64,000 nt of DNA from an uncultured Ilumatobacter sp. (GTDB lineage: Bacteria > Actinomycetota > Acidimicrobiia > Acidimicrobiales > Ilumatobacteraceae), in assembly GCA_937919625.1 (NCBI GenBank), contig CALFRK010000003.1:8886-72885 (forward strand). Reading direction: 5' to 3'. Positions 19,115 to 27,679 of the stretch are shown here, in pieces. Position numbers and translations under genes: made by a program. Numbering within the stretch: position 1 is the stretch's first letter; the number at the start of each line of letters is the position of its first letter. The notes under the pieces are model-generated. The model ran no database searches and was not told where the DNA came from. It saw only the letters and a list, made by a program, of their open reading frames with translations.

Positions 19115-20734
19115 ATGAAGACTTACTCATCGCGAATCCTCCCCCTTGCACTCAGCGCGGTGCTGCTACTTGGCGCCTGCGGTAGCAACGACGCCACCGG
19201 CGACGGCCCGATCGACACAGTCGGCGAGCAGCCTGGTCTGCGCCAGCCAACACCGATCCAAGTCACCGGTGTTGATGGCGGCGGCAAAGGCGTCGCTTCC
19301 GCGGCCGCCGAAAGTGCCGACGCCTCCGCCTCCAGCGACATGATGTTCGCCCCTGCCTACTGGGTCTCTGAGTACGTGGTCGGAGCGGGAATGCCCTCGC
19401 TCCCGACCAACGACCTCGGCTATGTGTTCGATGCCACCCGCCAAGTGACCGCCGAGCAGGTCGCCCAGATCGCGGCCGCGCTCGGCGTCGTTGGTGAGCC
19501 CGTGCACCTCGTGGAGGAGTACGGCAGCTCATGGCGTGTCGGGCCCGATGACGGCTCGGCCCCCAGCTTGTGGGTCTCGGAAGACTCGCAGCAGTCGTGG
19601 AACTACAACAGCGCCTGGCAAAACCGTCAGCCATCGGTCGGCTGCGCGGTTGCCGTCGACAGCAGTGGCAACGAGGTCGGCGAGTGCCCCGAGGTCGAGC
19701 CGCCGGTCGGTGTGCCGACCCAGGCAGAGGCCCAGCGGCGGGCGGGTGAACTGCTGACAGCGCTCGGCGAAGACGTGTCGGCGCTCGAGGTCGAGACGTA
19801 TGGCGACGAGTGGTTCGCCAGCGTGACATTCAGTGACAACACCGACGATCGTGCTGCTCTGCGCCAGTGGAACTTCGGTTTCGGTGCCGAGGGTGTGATG
19901 GATTATGCCAGCGGTTCGCTTGCCCAGGCCGAGCCGGTCGGTCCTTACCCCCTGATCGACATCGATGCTGCCCTCGCACGTCTGAACGATGGTGGTTACG
20001 GCTATGGCGGCTATGGCGGCTACATGGGCGGGTCGATCGAGCCGGACATCGCGATCGCTGAGGCGGCCCCCGCCGACCTTGCCGTCGGTCAGCCGGCCGG
20101 GCCCGAGATTGCCGTCGATGTCCCCGAGAGCGACATCGCCACGGCAGCACCGGAAGGCTCCACCGAAGGATCCGACGGCAGCACGGAGACGGTGATCGCC
20201 GAACGGCCGATGCCCGTCGATTTGCTGCCGATCGAAGACATGCCCGCGCCCGAGCCGGTCGTGGTGACGCTGGTCGATGTTCAGGCCGATCTGTGGTGGG
20301 CATGGGACATCGACGGTTCGGTGTGGATGCTGCCCGCCTACCGCTTCATCGATACCGATGGCGGTTGGCACACGGTTCCCGCCGTGACCGACGAGTTCAT
20401 GATCCAGGTCGAGCCCGACGTGTTCATCGACGAGCCGCTGCCGGCGCCTCAGCCGCTGCCTGTCGATCCAGCGCCTGCGCCCGACCCCGACGTGCCGGCA
20501 CCGATCGTCGAAGAGCCCGTTACCTCTCCCGAGACGGTCGCACCGATCGAACTTGAGGTCTTGGTCGGACTACCGGTCGAAGACTTCACCGCAAAGGTCG
20601 AGGCCTTGGGCTACAGCGTGCGGATTGCTGAGCAGGACGGTGAAGGCCTAGCCCTAACAGCAGACTTCAGCGAGACGCGTGTGAATGTCGCCGTCAAAGG
20701 TGGCATCGTCACAGCGATCGTCAGTCTCGGCTGA
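19115..20734 (+). CDS. secreted lipoprotein, function unknown
   Basis: Signal peptide with lipobox LLLGAC. Acidic and proline-rich segments and a GGYGYGGYGGYMGG run. The C-terminal ~60 aa (LVGLPVEDF...VRIAEQDG..LTADFSETRVNVAVKGGIVTAIVSLG) resemble the peptidase-inhibitor I78 fold pattern. Confidence 0.7.
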   Translation: MKTYSSRILPLALSAVLLLGACGSNDATGDGPIDTVGEQPGLRQPTPIQVTGVDGGGKGVASAAAESADASASSDMMFAPAYWVSEYVVGAGMPSLPTNDLGYVFDATRQVTAEQVAQIAAALGVVGEPVHLVEEYGSSWRVGPDDGSAPSLWVSEDSQQSWNYNSAWQNRQPSVGCAVAVDSSGNEVGECPEVEPPVGVPTQAEAQRRAGELLTALGEDVSALEVETYGDEWFASVTFSDNTDDRAALRQWNFGFGAEGVMDYASGSLAQAEPVGPYPLIDIDAALARLNDGGYGYGGYGGYMGGSIEPDIAIAEAAPADLAVGQPAGPEIAVDVPESDIATAAPEGSTEGSDGSTETVIAERPMPVDLLPIEDMPAPEPVVVTLVDVQADLWWAWDIDGSVWMLPAYRFIDTDGGWHTVPAVTDEFMIQVEPDVFIDEPLPAPQPLPVDPAPAPDPDVPAPIVEEPVTSPETVAPIELEVLVGLPVEDFTAKVEALGYSVRIAEQDGEGLALTADFSETRVNVAVKGGIVTAIVSLG

Positions 20735-20802
20735 CCCACACCAGAACATCGAGCCGACCCAGGCTGCCCGACCGAATTGGTGCGGGTAGCCTGGGTCTTC
20801 TC

Positions 20803-22206
20803 ATGTTTGACAATCTTTCCAATCGACTCGACGGGATCGTCAGGCGGCTTCGGGGCAAGGGCCGCCTCACCGAGGCCGACGTCGATGAGATCATGAAAGA
20901 GATCCGTTCGGCGCTGCTCGAGGCCGACGTCAACGTCACCGTCGTACGGTCGGTATGCAACCGGATCCGCGAGCACGCGATCGGCGCCACGCGCTCTCAG
21001 GCGCTCGATCCCGGCCAGCAGGTCGTCAAGGCGGTCAACGACGAGCTGACCCGCATTCTCGGTGGCGAGACGCTCGCCATCAAATACGCATCTAAACCAC
21101 CGACCGTCATCTTGATGGCCGGGTTGCAAGGTTCTGGCAAAACAACCGCCACCGGCAAGCTGGCGCTGTGGTTCAAGTCGCAGGGTCGCCAGCCACTCTT
21201 GGTCGGTGCCGATCTGCAACGCCCGGCCGCTGTCGAGCAGCTGCGAACGCTCGGTGGCCAGGTCGGCGTGCCGGTCTACTCCGACCCCGAAGACCCTGTG
21301 TTGACCGCCTTTCAGGGTGTCGAGGAGGCCAAGCGGCTCGGTCGTGACGTGGTGATCGTCGACACCGCCGGTCGTTTGTCGATCGACGCCGAGATGATGG
21401 AACAGGTCCGTCTGATCTCCGGCGCCGTGTCTCCTGACTACACGTTCTTGGTCATCGACGCGATGACTGGTCAGGATGCTGTGCAGACGGCCGATGCGTT
21501 TCACCGGACGCTTCAGATCGACGGCGTGATCCTTTCCAAGCTCGATGGCGACGCTCGCGGTGGCGCCGCACTGTCGGTCAAAGAGGTAATCGGACGCCCG
21601 ATCGCGTTCGCCTCGACGGGCGAAAAGCTCGAAGCATTCGAGCAGTTTCATCCCGATCGTATGGCCGGCCGAATTCTCGGCATGGGCGACATGATGACGC
21701 TGATCGAGCAGGCCGAAAACGCGTTCGAGGCCGACCAGGCCGAGCAGGCCGCGGTTCGCCTGATGGAGGGTGAGTTTACGCTTGACGACTTTCTCGAGCA
21801 GATGCAGGCGCTCAAGAAGATGGGCCCACTGTCTGGCATCCTCGGGATGATGCCGGGAATGCCCAAGGAAATGAAGAACGCCAAGATCGGCGACGACGAT
21901 CTCAAACCGATCGAGGCGATCATCCGCTCGATGACCGCTGAAGAACGTGCTCGCCCTCAGATCATCAGCGGCAGCCGTCGTGGTCGGATTGCCAAGGGCG
22001 CCGGTCGCGAGCCGGGCGAGGTCAGCCGCCTCGTCAAGCAGTTCGGTGAGATGCAGAAGATGATGAAGAAGATGGGCATGGGCGGCGGCAAGAAGGGCAA
22101 ACGCGGAGGCTTCCCTGGGCTCGGCGGATTGCGCGGCACGCCCGACATGAGTGAGCTCGAGCAGATGATGGGCGGCCAAGGCGGAATGCCCGGGCTACCC
22201 CGCTAA
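20803..22206 (+). CDS. ffh: signal recognition particle protein Ffh
   Basis: GLQGSGKTT, DTAGR, KLDGDARGG and a methionine-rich M domain. Confidence 0.95.
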   Translation: MFDNLSNRLDGIVRRLRGKGRLTEADVDEIMKEIRSALLEADVNVTVVRSVCNRIREHAIGATRSQALDPGQQVVKAVNDELTRILGGETLAIKYASKPPTVILMAGLQGSGKTTATGKLALWFKSQGRQPLLVGADLQRPAAVEQLRTLGGQVGVPVYSDPEDPVLTAFQGVEEAKRLGRDVVIVDTAGRLSIDAEMMEQVRLISGAVSPDYTFLVIDAMTGQDAVQTADAFHRTLQIDGVILSKLDGDARGGAALSVKEVIGRPIAFASTGEKLEAFEQFHPDRMAGRILGMGDMMTLIEQAENAFEADQAEQAAVRLMEGEFTLDDFLEQMQALKKMGPLSGILGMMPGMPKEMKNAKIGDDDLKPIEAIIRSMTAEERARPQIISGSRRGRIAKGAGREPGEVSRLVKQFGEMQKMMKKMGMGGGKKGKRGGFPGLGGLRGTPDMSELEQMMGGQGGMPGLPR

Positions 22207-22245
22207 CGCACGCCGTTCGAAGTGTGTCGGGCGCGCTCCGAACGC

Positions 22246-23580
22246 TCACCACTCGGCGCCGAGCGCCCTCGCATCGTCGCCGCCGAGCGGTTCGAACCCG
22301 TCGAGCACCGCATCGAGTTCGGTCAGCAGGATGCCGACGTGCTCCGGTTCGAACACGAGCGGTGGGCGGATCTTCAAGACATTCGAATAGCGACCCGTCA
22401 CGCCGGCCAGAATCCCGCGATGGCGCAGCATGGTGGCGATCCGCTTGGCGTCTGCATACGCAATCGGCTGGCGCGTCGCCTGCTCGTTGACCATGTCGAG
22501 CCCCCAGAACAGTCCACGGCCCTGCACGGTACCGACGATCTCGTAACGATTGGCGATCTCGCTCAGCCCCAGCCCCAGCGTGGCCCCGGTCGAGGTGGCG
22601 TTGTCCAACAGTTGCTCGTCGTCGATCACGTCGAGCACAGCCAGAGCCACGGCGGCTGACACCGGATTCCCGCCGAAGGTGTTGAAGTAGTTGCGACGCT
22701 CGGCAAAGGCGGCCGCAATCTCTGGCGTCGTGACGACGGCCGCAACTGGGTGGCCGGCCCCCATGGGTTTTCCGATCGTGACGATGTCGGGCACGATTCC
22801 GTAGTGCATGTGGCCCCAGAAATGTCTCCCCATCCGGCAGTATCCGGACTGCACCTCGTCTGAGATCACAAGTCCACCATGGGCGCGTATCAGTTCAGCT
22901 GAACGGCTGACATAGTCGTCTGGGGCGATCAGGACACCGTTCGAGTCCCAGCTGGTGTCGACCAGCATCGCCGCCGCCCCGTGGCCCAGATCGGCGAGAT
23001 CAGCGATCGCGTCGCCGACGAGGGCGGCGTACTTTTGTCCCATGTCTTGGTCGGGCACATGGAACGGTCCACGATATGTGTTGGGCGGCTCGACCACGCC
23101 CAGCCAGTCGGGCCGTTCTGCTGCCGGGTAGCTGTCGGTCGACAGTTTGCCGACCAGGTCGGAGTTGCCGTGATATGACCGCTCGGTCACGATCACGCCG
23201 TGATGGCCCGTCACCGTGCGGGCGATCTGTACCGCGAGGTCGTTGGCCTCGGTGCCCGTGCACACGAAGATGCAGGTGTTCAAGTCACCCGGCAAGATTG
23301 CCCCGAGTCGCTCGGCCAAATCGACCACGTTTTCGTGCAGGTATCGCGTGTGGGTGTTGAGAAGCCCCGCCTGGGCGGCGAGAGCAGCGACGACTTGCGG
23401 GTGGGCGTGTCCGACCGACGGCACATTGTTGTAGCAGTCGAGGAATCGGTTGCCATCGGTGTCGTACACCCACACACCCTCTCCGCGGACAAGGTGAACC
23501 GGTTCGTCGTAGAACAGTTGATAGCTGGGGGCGAGACTGGTCGATCGGCGTTGGCGCAACTGGTCGTCGGCGGTATTCAC
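22246..23580 (-). CDS. class-III PLP-dependent enzyme of the AGXT2L (ETNPPL/PHYKPL) type, putative ammonio-phospho-lyase or aminotransferase
   Basis: FLDCYNNVPSVGHAHPQVV, LNTHTRYLHENVV, GTEANDLAVQIAR, VPDIVTIGKPMGAGHPVAAVVTT, YFNTFGGNPVSAAVALAVLDVI and NVLKIRPPLVF. The GTG at 23580 overlaps the stop of the upstream kinase gene (GTGA). The ATG at 23631 is the alternative start. Confidence 0.8.
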   Translation of the reverse strand: MNTADDQLRQRRSTSLAPSYQLFYDEPVHLVRGEGVWVYDTDGNRFLDCYNNVPSVGHAHPQVVAALAAQAGLLNTHTRYLHENVVDLAERLGAILPGDLNTCIFVCTGTEANDLAVQIARTVTGHHGVIVTERSYHGNSDLVGKLSTDSYPAAERPDWLGVVEPPNTYRGPFHVPDQDMGQKYAALVGDAIADLADLGHGAAAMLVDTSWDSNGVLIAPDDYVSRSAELIRAHGGLVISDEVQSGYCRMGRHFWGHMHYGIVPDIVTIGKPMGAGHPVAAVVTTPEIAAAFAERRNYFNTFGGNPVSAAVALAVLDVIDDEQLLDNATSTGATLGLGLSEIANRYEIVGTVQGRGLFWGLDMVNEQATRQPIAYADAKRIATMLRHRGILAGVTGRYSNVLKIRPPLVFEPEHVGILLTELDAVLDGFEPLGGDDARALGAEW

Positions 23581-24596
23581 AGACCCTCCACGATCTGATT
23601 GGCGGCTTGTTTCGGATCGATAGCCAGCCATCGCCTGAGATTGAAGATCAGCCAGGGGCGCTCGGCGGCAACCGCGTCGGCGATGTGTGGGGCCTGGGCG
23701 ATCTGGTACTCGACCAGCAGTGTGCTCAGCGCCAAACGGCACAACACGAGATCGGGCAGGGCGGCGACCTCGGCGTCGGTCAGCGGCCGATGGGCGTGGA
23801 ATCCGACGCTCAGTGCGGCGAGCGCAGCGATCGGGTCGGCCTGATGGGGAACCAGATTGGCGCCTGAAACACCGAGGTCGGCGACGGTGACCGTGTGCAC
23901 GAGATCACCGAAGTCGATCATGCCTGTGACGACGTCGGAATCGGTGTCCGAGCGCAGCAGGTTGCCTGCATGGCCGTCGTTGTGAATGATCTGGCGAGGC
24001 AGCCGTTGCATCGTTTCGAGCGCAGCCGCCAATCGTGGTCGTGCGGTTGTCAGCAACGCGCGGGCATCGGCGCCCAAACCCGACCACAGCTCGGCATCGA
24101 GGATCAGCCCATTGGCGATGTCCCACGGCATGAACTCGCCCGCAGCCGGATGATCGAACCCGACCAACGCCGTCGACAGCGCCCCGACCAGTTCTCCGAT
24201 CGCCCGCAACCCGTGCAGCGAAATCGGCTGGTAGTCGTCGAACGGGATCCCCGGCAGATACGTCACGAGCCGCATCGAGTGTTGCCGACCATCGAGGTCG
24301 AGTATCGGGACCAATTCGCCGTCGAGGCTCGGGTGCATGCGCGCAATCGGCAGTTCCGGAGCAACGCGCTCGAGGTATTTCAGGGCCTTGGCGTGGAAAT
24401 CGATCGTTGCATGAAGTTCGCCGGAGCTGGCGATCTTCAGCACATACTGGCTGCCATCATCGGTGGTGAGCAGCGTGTTGTGCGAGCGTTCGCCACGAAG
24501 CCGCTGCATCACGCCGGTCAATCCGTAGCGTTCAGCGGCGATCGAGGCGACCTCGTCGTCGCTGGGTGCAGGGGGGTCGAAGCGGAACAGATCCAT
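23577..24596 (-). CDS. APH-fold phosphotransferase, hydroxylysine-kinase-like
   Basis: YVLKIASSG, MRLVTYLPGIP, IIHNDGHAGNLL and GMIDFGDL (Brenner and DFG-like motifs). The start is at MDLFRFD. Confidence 0.7.
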   Translation of the reverse strand: MDLFRFDPPAPSDDEVASIAAERYGLTGVMQRLRGERSHNTLLTTDDGSQYVLKIASSGELHATIDFHAKALKYLERVAPELPIARMHPSLDGELVPILDLDGRQHSMRLVTYLPGIPFDDYQPISLHGLRAIGELVGALSTALVGFDHPAAGEFMPWDIANGLILDAELWSGLGADARALLTTARPRLAAALETMQRLPRQIIHNDGHAGNLLRSDTDSDVVTGMIDFGDLVHTVTVADLGVSGANLVPHQADPIAALAALSVGFHAHRPLTDAEVAALPDLVLCRLALSTLLVEYQIAQAPHIADAVAAERPWLIFNLRRWLAIDPKQAANQIVEGL

Positions 24597-24702
24597 CTGT
24601 ACCCTGGTGTAGCACGCCGGTGATGTCGCCGAGGCGTTCGGAAACGTCTCGATCCCCGCTAACCTTTCGTGGTTCTCACATCGCATCCAGGAGTCACTTC
24701 AC

Positions 24703-24966
24703 ATGGCAGTAAAGCTGCGCCTCACCCGAGTCGGCAAAAAAAAGCAGCCTCAGTATCGCATCGTCGCTGCTGATTCCCGTGCGCCGCGCGACGGCCGCTT
24801 CATCGAGATTCTCGGCCACTACGACCCGCGCCAGGATCCGTCGGCGCTCACCGTCGACAACGACAAGGCCGTCAAGTGGCTCAGCCAGGGCGCGCAGCCG
24901 ACCGAGCGAGTGGCAAAACTGCTCCAGGTGTCGGGTGCCATCGACCAGTTCAAAGCCAGCAAATGA
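24703..24966 (+). CDS. rpsP: 30S ribosomal protein S16
   Basis: MAVKLRLTRVGKKKQPQYRIVAADSRAPRDGRFIE. Confidence 0.95.
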   Translation: MAVKLRLTRVGKKKQPQYRIVAADSRAPRDGRFIEILGHYDPRQDPSALTVDNDKAVKWLSQGAQPTERVAKLLQVSGAIDQFKASK

Positions 24967-25220
24967 GCGACGCTCAGTCCGCTCCCACGGCCGTTGCCGT
25001 GCTGACCCACATCGTCAAGTCGATCGTCGACCAGCCCGATGACGTGACCGTCGACGAGGTCGTCGGCGAGGGTAAGCATCGCCTCGACGTGCGCGTCGGC
25101 GACGGCGATTTGGGCCGAGTGATCGGCCGCCGTGGCCGTACCGCCGCCAGCATTCGTTTGGTCACGCGAGCAGCCGCCTCCAAAGATGGCGTCCAGCTCG
25201 ACATCGAATTCCTCGACTGA
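24963..25220 (+). CDS. KH domain RNA-binding protein (UPF0109/YlqC-like)
   Basis: GRVIGRRGRTAASIR motif. Its ATG overlaps the rpsP stop (ATGA). Confidence 0.8.
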   Translation: MSDAQSAPTAVAVLTHIVKSIVDQPDDVTVDEVVGEGKHRLDVRVGDGDLGRVIGRRGRTAASIRLVTRAAASKDGVQLDIEFLD

Positions 25221-25234
25221 CGATCGGGGCAGTT

Positions 25235-25327
25235 CGCCCTGACTGCGTTGCATCTCGCCGCTCGTTGTCCAAAGACACGAGCGGGGCTGTTTTCCGCCCT
25301 GACTGCGTTGCATCTCGCCGCTCGTTG
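25235..25327. repeat. two-copy tandem direct repeat, period 60 bp, with a 33-bp identical core
   Basis: cgccctgactgcgttgcatctcgccgctcgttg occurs at 25235..25267 and again at 25295..25327. Copy 1 continues into hairpin ccgctcgt/acgagcgg followed by TTTT. Confidence 0.85.
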
Positions 25328-25437
25328 CCACCAGGCAACTCGGGCTCACTGCGCCTTGTCAGGACGAAAACCAACTCACGCTCGGAACAGATATACACCA
25401 CTGCTCGAGCGGTTGATTCAGATAGGCGGGTACGTTG

Positions 25438-25935
25438 ATGAACGTGGAGAGGCCGGAGGGGTTGTTGGAGGTGGGGCGGATCGGGCGGCCTCATGGGATC
25501 CGTGGGGATGTCTTTCTTAATCTCGTCACCGACCACACCGAGCGCGCCCAAGTCGGCAGCCGGTTATGGGGCCGCGGTCGCTGGTTGACGATCCAAACTT
25601 CCAATTCGTCGAGCCAACGTTGGCGCGTACATATCGAGGGCGTCGACGACCGCAGCGCGGCTGAAGCTCTGACCGGTGTCGTTGTCTTTGCCGAGCCGAT
25701 CGACGACCCGGATGCGCTGTGGATCCACGAACTGATCGGTGCCAACGTGATCGAGGTCAACGGCATCGATCGTGGCGGGTGTATCTCGGTGGTCTCCAAT
25801 CCGGCCTCCGATCTGCTCGAACTTCAGTCGGGTTCCCTTGTGCCGGTCACCTTCGTCACGTCGGTTGAACACACCGCCTCGGGCACGCTGATCACGATCG
25901 ATCCGCCAGAGGGTTTGTTCGAGCTGAACGACTGA
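25438..25935 (+). CDS. rimM: 16S rRNA processing protein RimM
   Basis: LEVGRIGRPHGIRGDVF, with a PRC barrel at the C-terminus. Confidence 0.85.
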   Translation: MNVERPEGLLEVGRIGRPHGIRGDVFLNLVTDHTERAQVGSRLWGRGRWLTIQTSNSSSQRWRVHIEGVDDRSAAEALTGVVVFAEPIDDPDALWIHELIGANVIEVNGIDRGGCISVVSNPASDLLELQSGSLVPVTFVTSVEHTASGTLITIDPPEGLFELND

Positions 25936-25943
25936 GCACCGGC

Positions 25944-26678
25944 ATGCGAATTGACGTGTTCACATTGTTCCCGACGCTGGTCGATGGCTTTTGCTCCGAA
26001 AGCCTGCTCGGCAAGGCGCGAGGGTCGGGTATTCTCGATCTACGCCTCCACGATCCGCGCCAGCACACGACCGACGTGCACCGCACCGTCGACGACTCAC
26101 CCTTCGGTGGTGGGGCCGGCATGCTGATGCGCCCCGAACCGATTTTTGACAGTGTCGAAGCCGCCGACCCGCCTCGCCCACTGTTCCTGCTAGGCCCGGG
26201 AGGTCGCCGCTTTGACCAGCCAATCGCACACCAACTAGCAAAGCTCGACGGGTTCAGTCTGCTGTGTGGCCGCTACGAGGGTGTCGATCACCGAGTTCGC
26301 CAGCATCTTGTCGACGGCGAGATGAGCGTCGGCGACGTGGTGTTGAACGGTGGAGAGGTCGCCGCCTGCCTGGTGATCGAGGCCGTGGCACGCTTGCTGC
26401 CCGGTGCGATGGGCAACGCCGCCAGCCCGGTCGACGAGAGTTTCGGTGTCAGTGGCTTGTTGGAAGAGCCGCATTTTACGCGACCTGCCGACTTTCGAGG
26501 ATGGGACGTCCCTGACGTGCTGCGCAGCGGAGATCATGCCCGCGTTGCCCGTTGGCGACGGGCCCAGGCCCTGCATCGCACAGTTGCGGCGCGCCCCGAC
26601 TTGATCGAAGCCCGCGGAGGAATCTCAGATGATGAGCGTGTCTTGTTGGAAGAGTTCCCACCTGTCCCGTATCCTTGA
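25944..26678 (+). CDS. trmD: tRNA (guanine37-N1)-methyltransferase
   Basis: MRIDVFTLFP...D.PFGGGAGM...CGRYEGVD.R...E.S.GD.VL.GGE. Confidence 0.95.
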   Translation: MRIDVFTLFPTLVDGFCSESLLGKARGSGILDLRLHDPRQHTTDVHRTVDDSPFGGGAGMLMRPEPIFDSVEAADPPRPLFLLGPGGRRFDQPIAHQLAKLDGFSLLCGRYEGVDHRVRQHLVDGEMSVGDVVLNGGEVAACLVIEAVARLLPGAMGNAASPVDESFGVSGLLEEPHFTRPADFRGWDVPDVLRSGDHARVARWRRAQALHRTVAARPDLIEARGGISDDERVLLEEFPPVPYP

Positions 26679-26753
26679 TCGGTCCCCCTTACCTTCGATT
26701 ATGGGGGCCATCGAAGCCGCGGCAACCGTGCCCCCAGATCTGAGAGAAACGCC

Positions 26754-27101
26754 ATGAAGACGACAGACCTCATCGACCAAGACTCGCTCCGCGACGACAT
26801 CCCCGAGTTTTTCCCGGGCGACGAACTCAAGGTGCACGTGCGCGTTGTCGAGGGCGGCAAAGAGCGCGTCCAGGTCTTCCAGGGCAATGTTCTCAAGCGC
26901 CAAGGCAGCGGCCTACACGAGACCTACACAGTCCGTAAGCTCAGCTATGGCGTCGGTGTCGAGCGCACCTTCCCGATCCATGCGCCCACCGTGCAAAAGA
27001 TCGAGGTCATGAAGCGTGGCGATGTGCGCCGCGCCAAGTTGTATTACCTGCGCGACCGCATCGGCAAGGCTGCCAAGGTCCGCGAAAAGCGCGAATTCTG
27101 A
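26754..27101 (+). CDS. rplS: 50S ribosomal protein L19
   Basis: [33 protein letters not shown]...RRAKLYYLR. Confidence 0.95.
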   Translation: MKTTDLIDQDSLRDDIPEFFPGDELKVHVRVVEGGKERVQVFQGNVLKRQGSGLHETYTVRKLSYGVGVERTFPIHAPTVQKIEVMKRGDVRRAKLYYLRDRIGKAAKVREKREF

Positions 27102-27142
27102 GTCGCTGACTCACCCTCGGGCGATCGGCGCCCCGCTGTTCA

Positions 27143-27526
27143 GTGCAACAGGGGAGTGTCGCGCCCATGCAAGACATGTCGAATCGAGCCCGCGGGCAAT
27201 GGGGCGAAGCGCGTGCTGCTGCGTATCTGCGATCGGTTGGGTTCGTGGTCGTCGATCGCAACTGGCGACCACCCGAGCGTGAGTTGCGTGGCGACCTCGA
27301 TCTGGTCGTGCGACGGCATGACCTGATCGTGTTCTGTGAGGTCAAGGCGCGCCGCAACGCCAGGTTCGGTGGTGGTGCGGTGGCTGTCGATCGTGCCAAG
27401 CAGCAGCGGGTACGCCGGCTCGCCGCGAGCTGGCTGCGGCAGCACGAACTGGCACATCTCGACGTGCGTCTCGACGTGATCGCCATCGATGGGGTCAGGC
27501 TGACGCATTACCCGGCCGCCTTCTGA
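27143..27526 (+). CDS. YraN family endonuclease (UPF0102)
   Basis: G.WGE..AA.YL...G......NWR....GDLDLV......IVFCEVKAR. The start could be the ATG at 27167 or 27176 instead. Confidence 0.75.
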   Translation: MQQGSVAPMQDMSNRARGQWGEARAAAYLRSVGFVVVDRNWRPPERELRGDLDLVVRRHDLIVFCEVKARRNARFGGGAVAVDRAKQQRVRRLAASWLRQHELAHLDVRLDVIAIDGVRLTHYPAAF

Positions 27527-27637
27527 CTACGAGAAGAGTGCCCAGACCACCAGCGCCAAAGTAGTCAGCGATGTGGCAACCAGCAGCGCATAGTCGAGTT
27601 GGCGAGCCCTGAACTTCTCATGTGGGTTGAAGCCCAT
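27527..27637 (-). CDS. possible 36-aa single-TM peptide
   Basis: MGFNPHEKFRARQLDYALLVATSLTTLALVVWALFS fits exactly between yraN and the next gene. There is no further support. Confidence 0.2.
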   Translation of the reverse strand: MGFNPHEKFRARQLDYALLVATSLTTLALVVWALFS

Positions 27638-27679
27638 GGCTCTCAGTATTGTCGTCGACGGTGGATTACCCTCACGGCC

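Noticed and set aside
20611-22179. 522-aa minus-strand ORF
   Set aside because: It is antisense to ffh. Ffh motifs are unambiguous on the plus strand.
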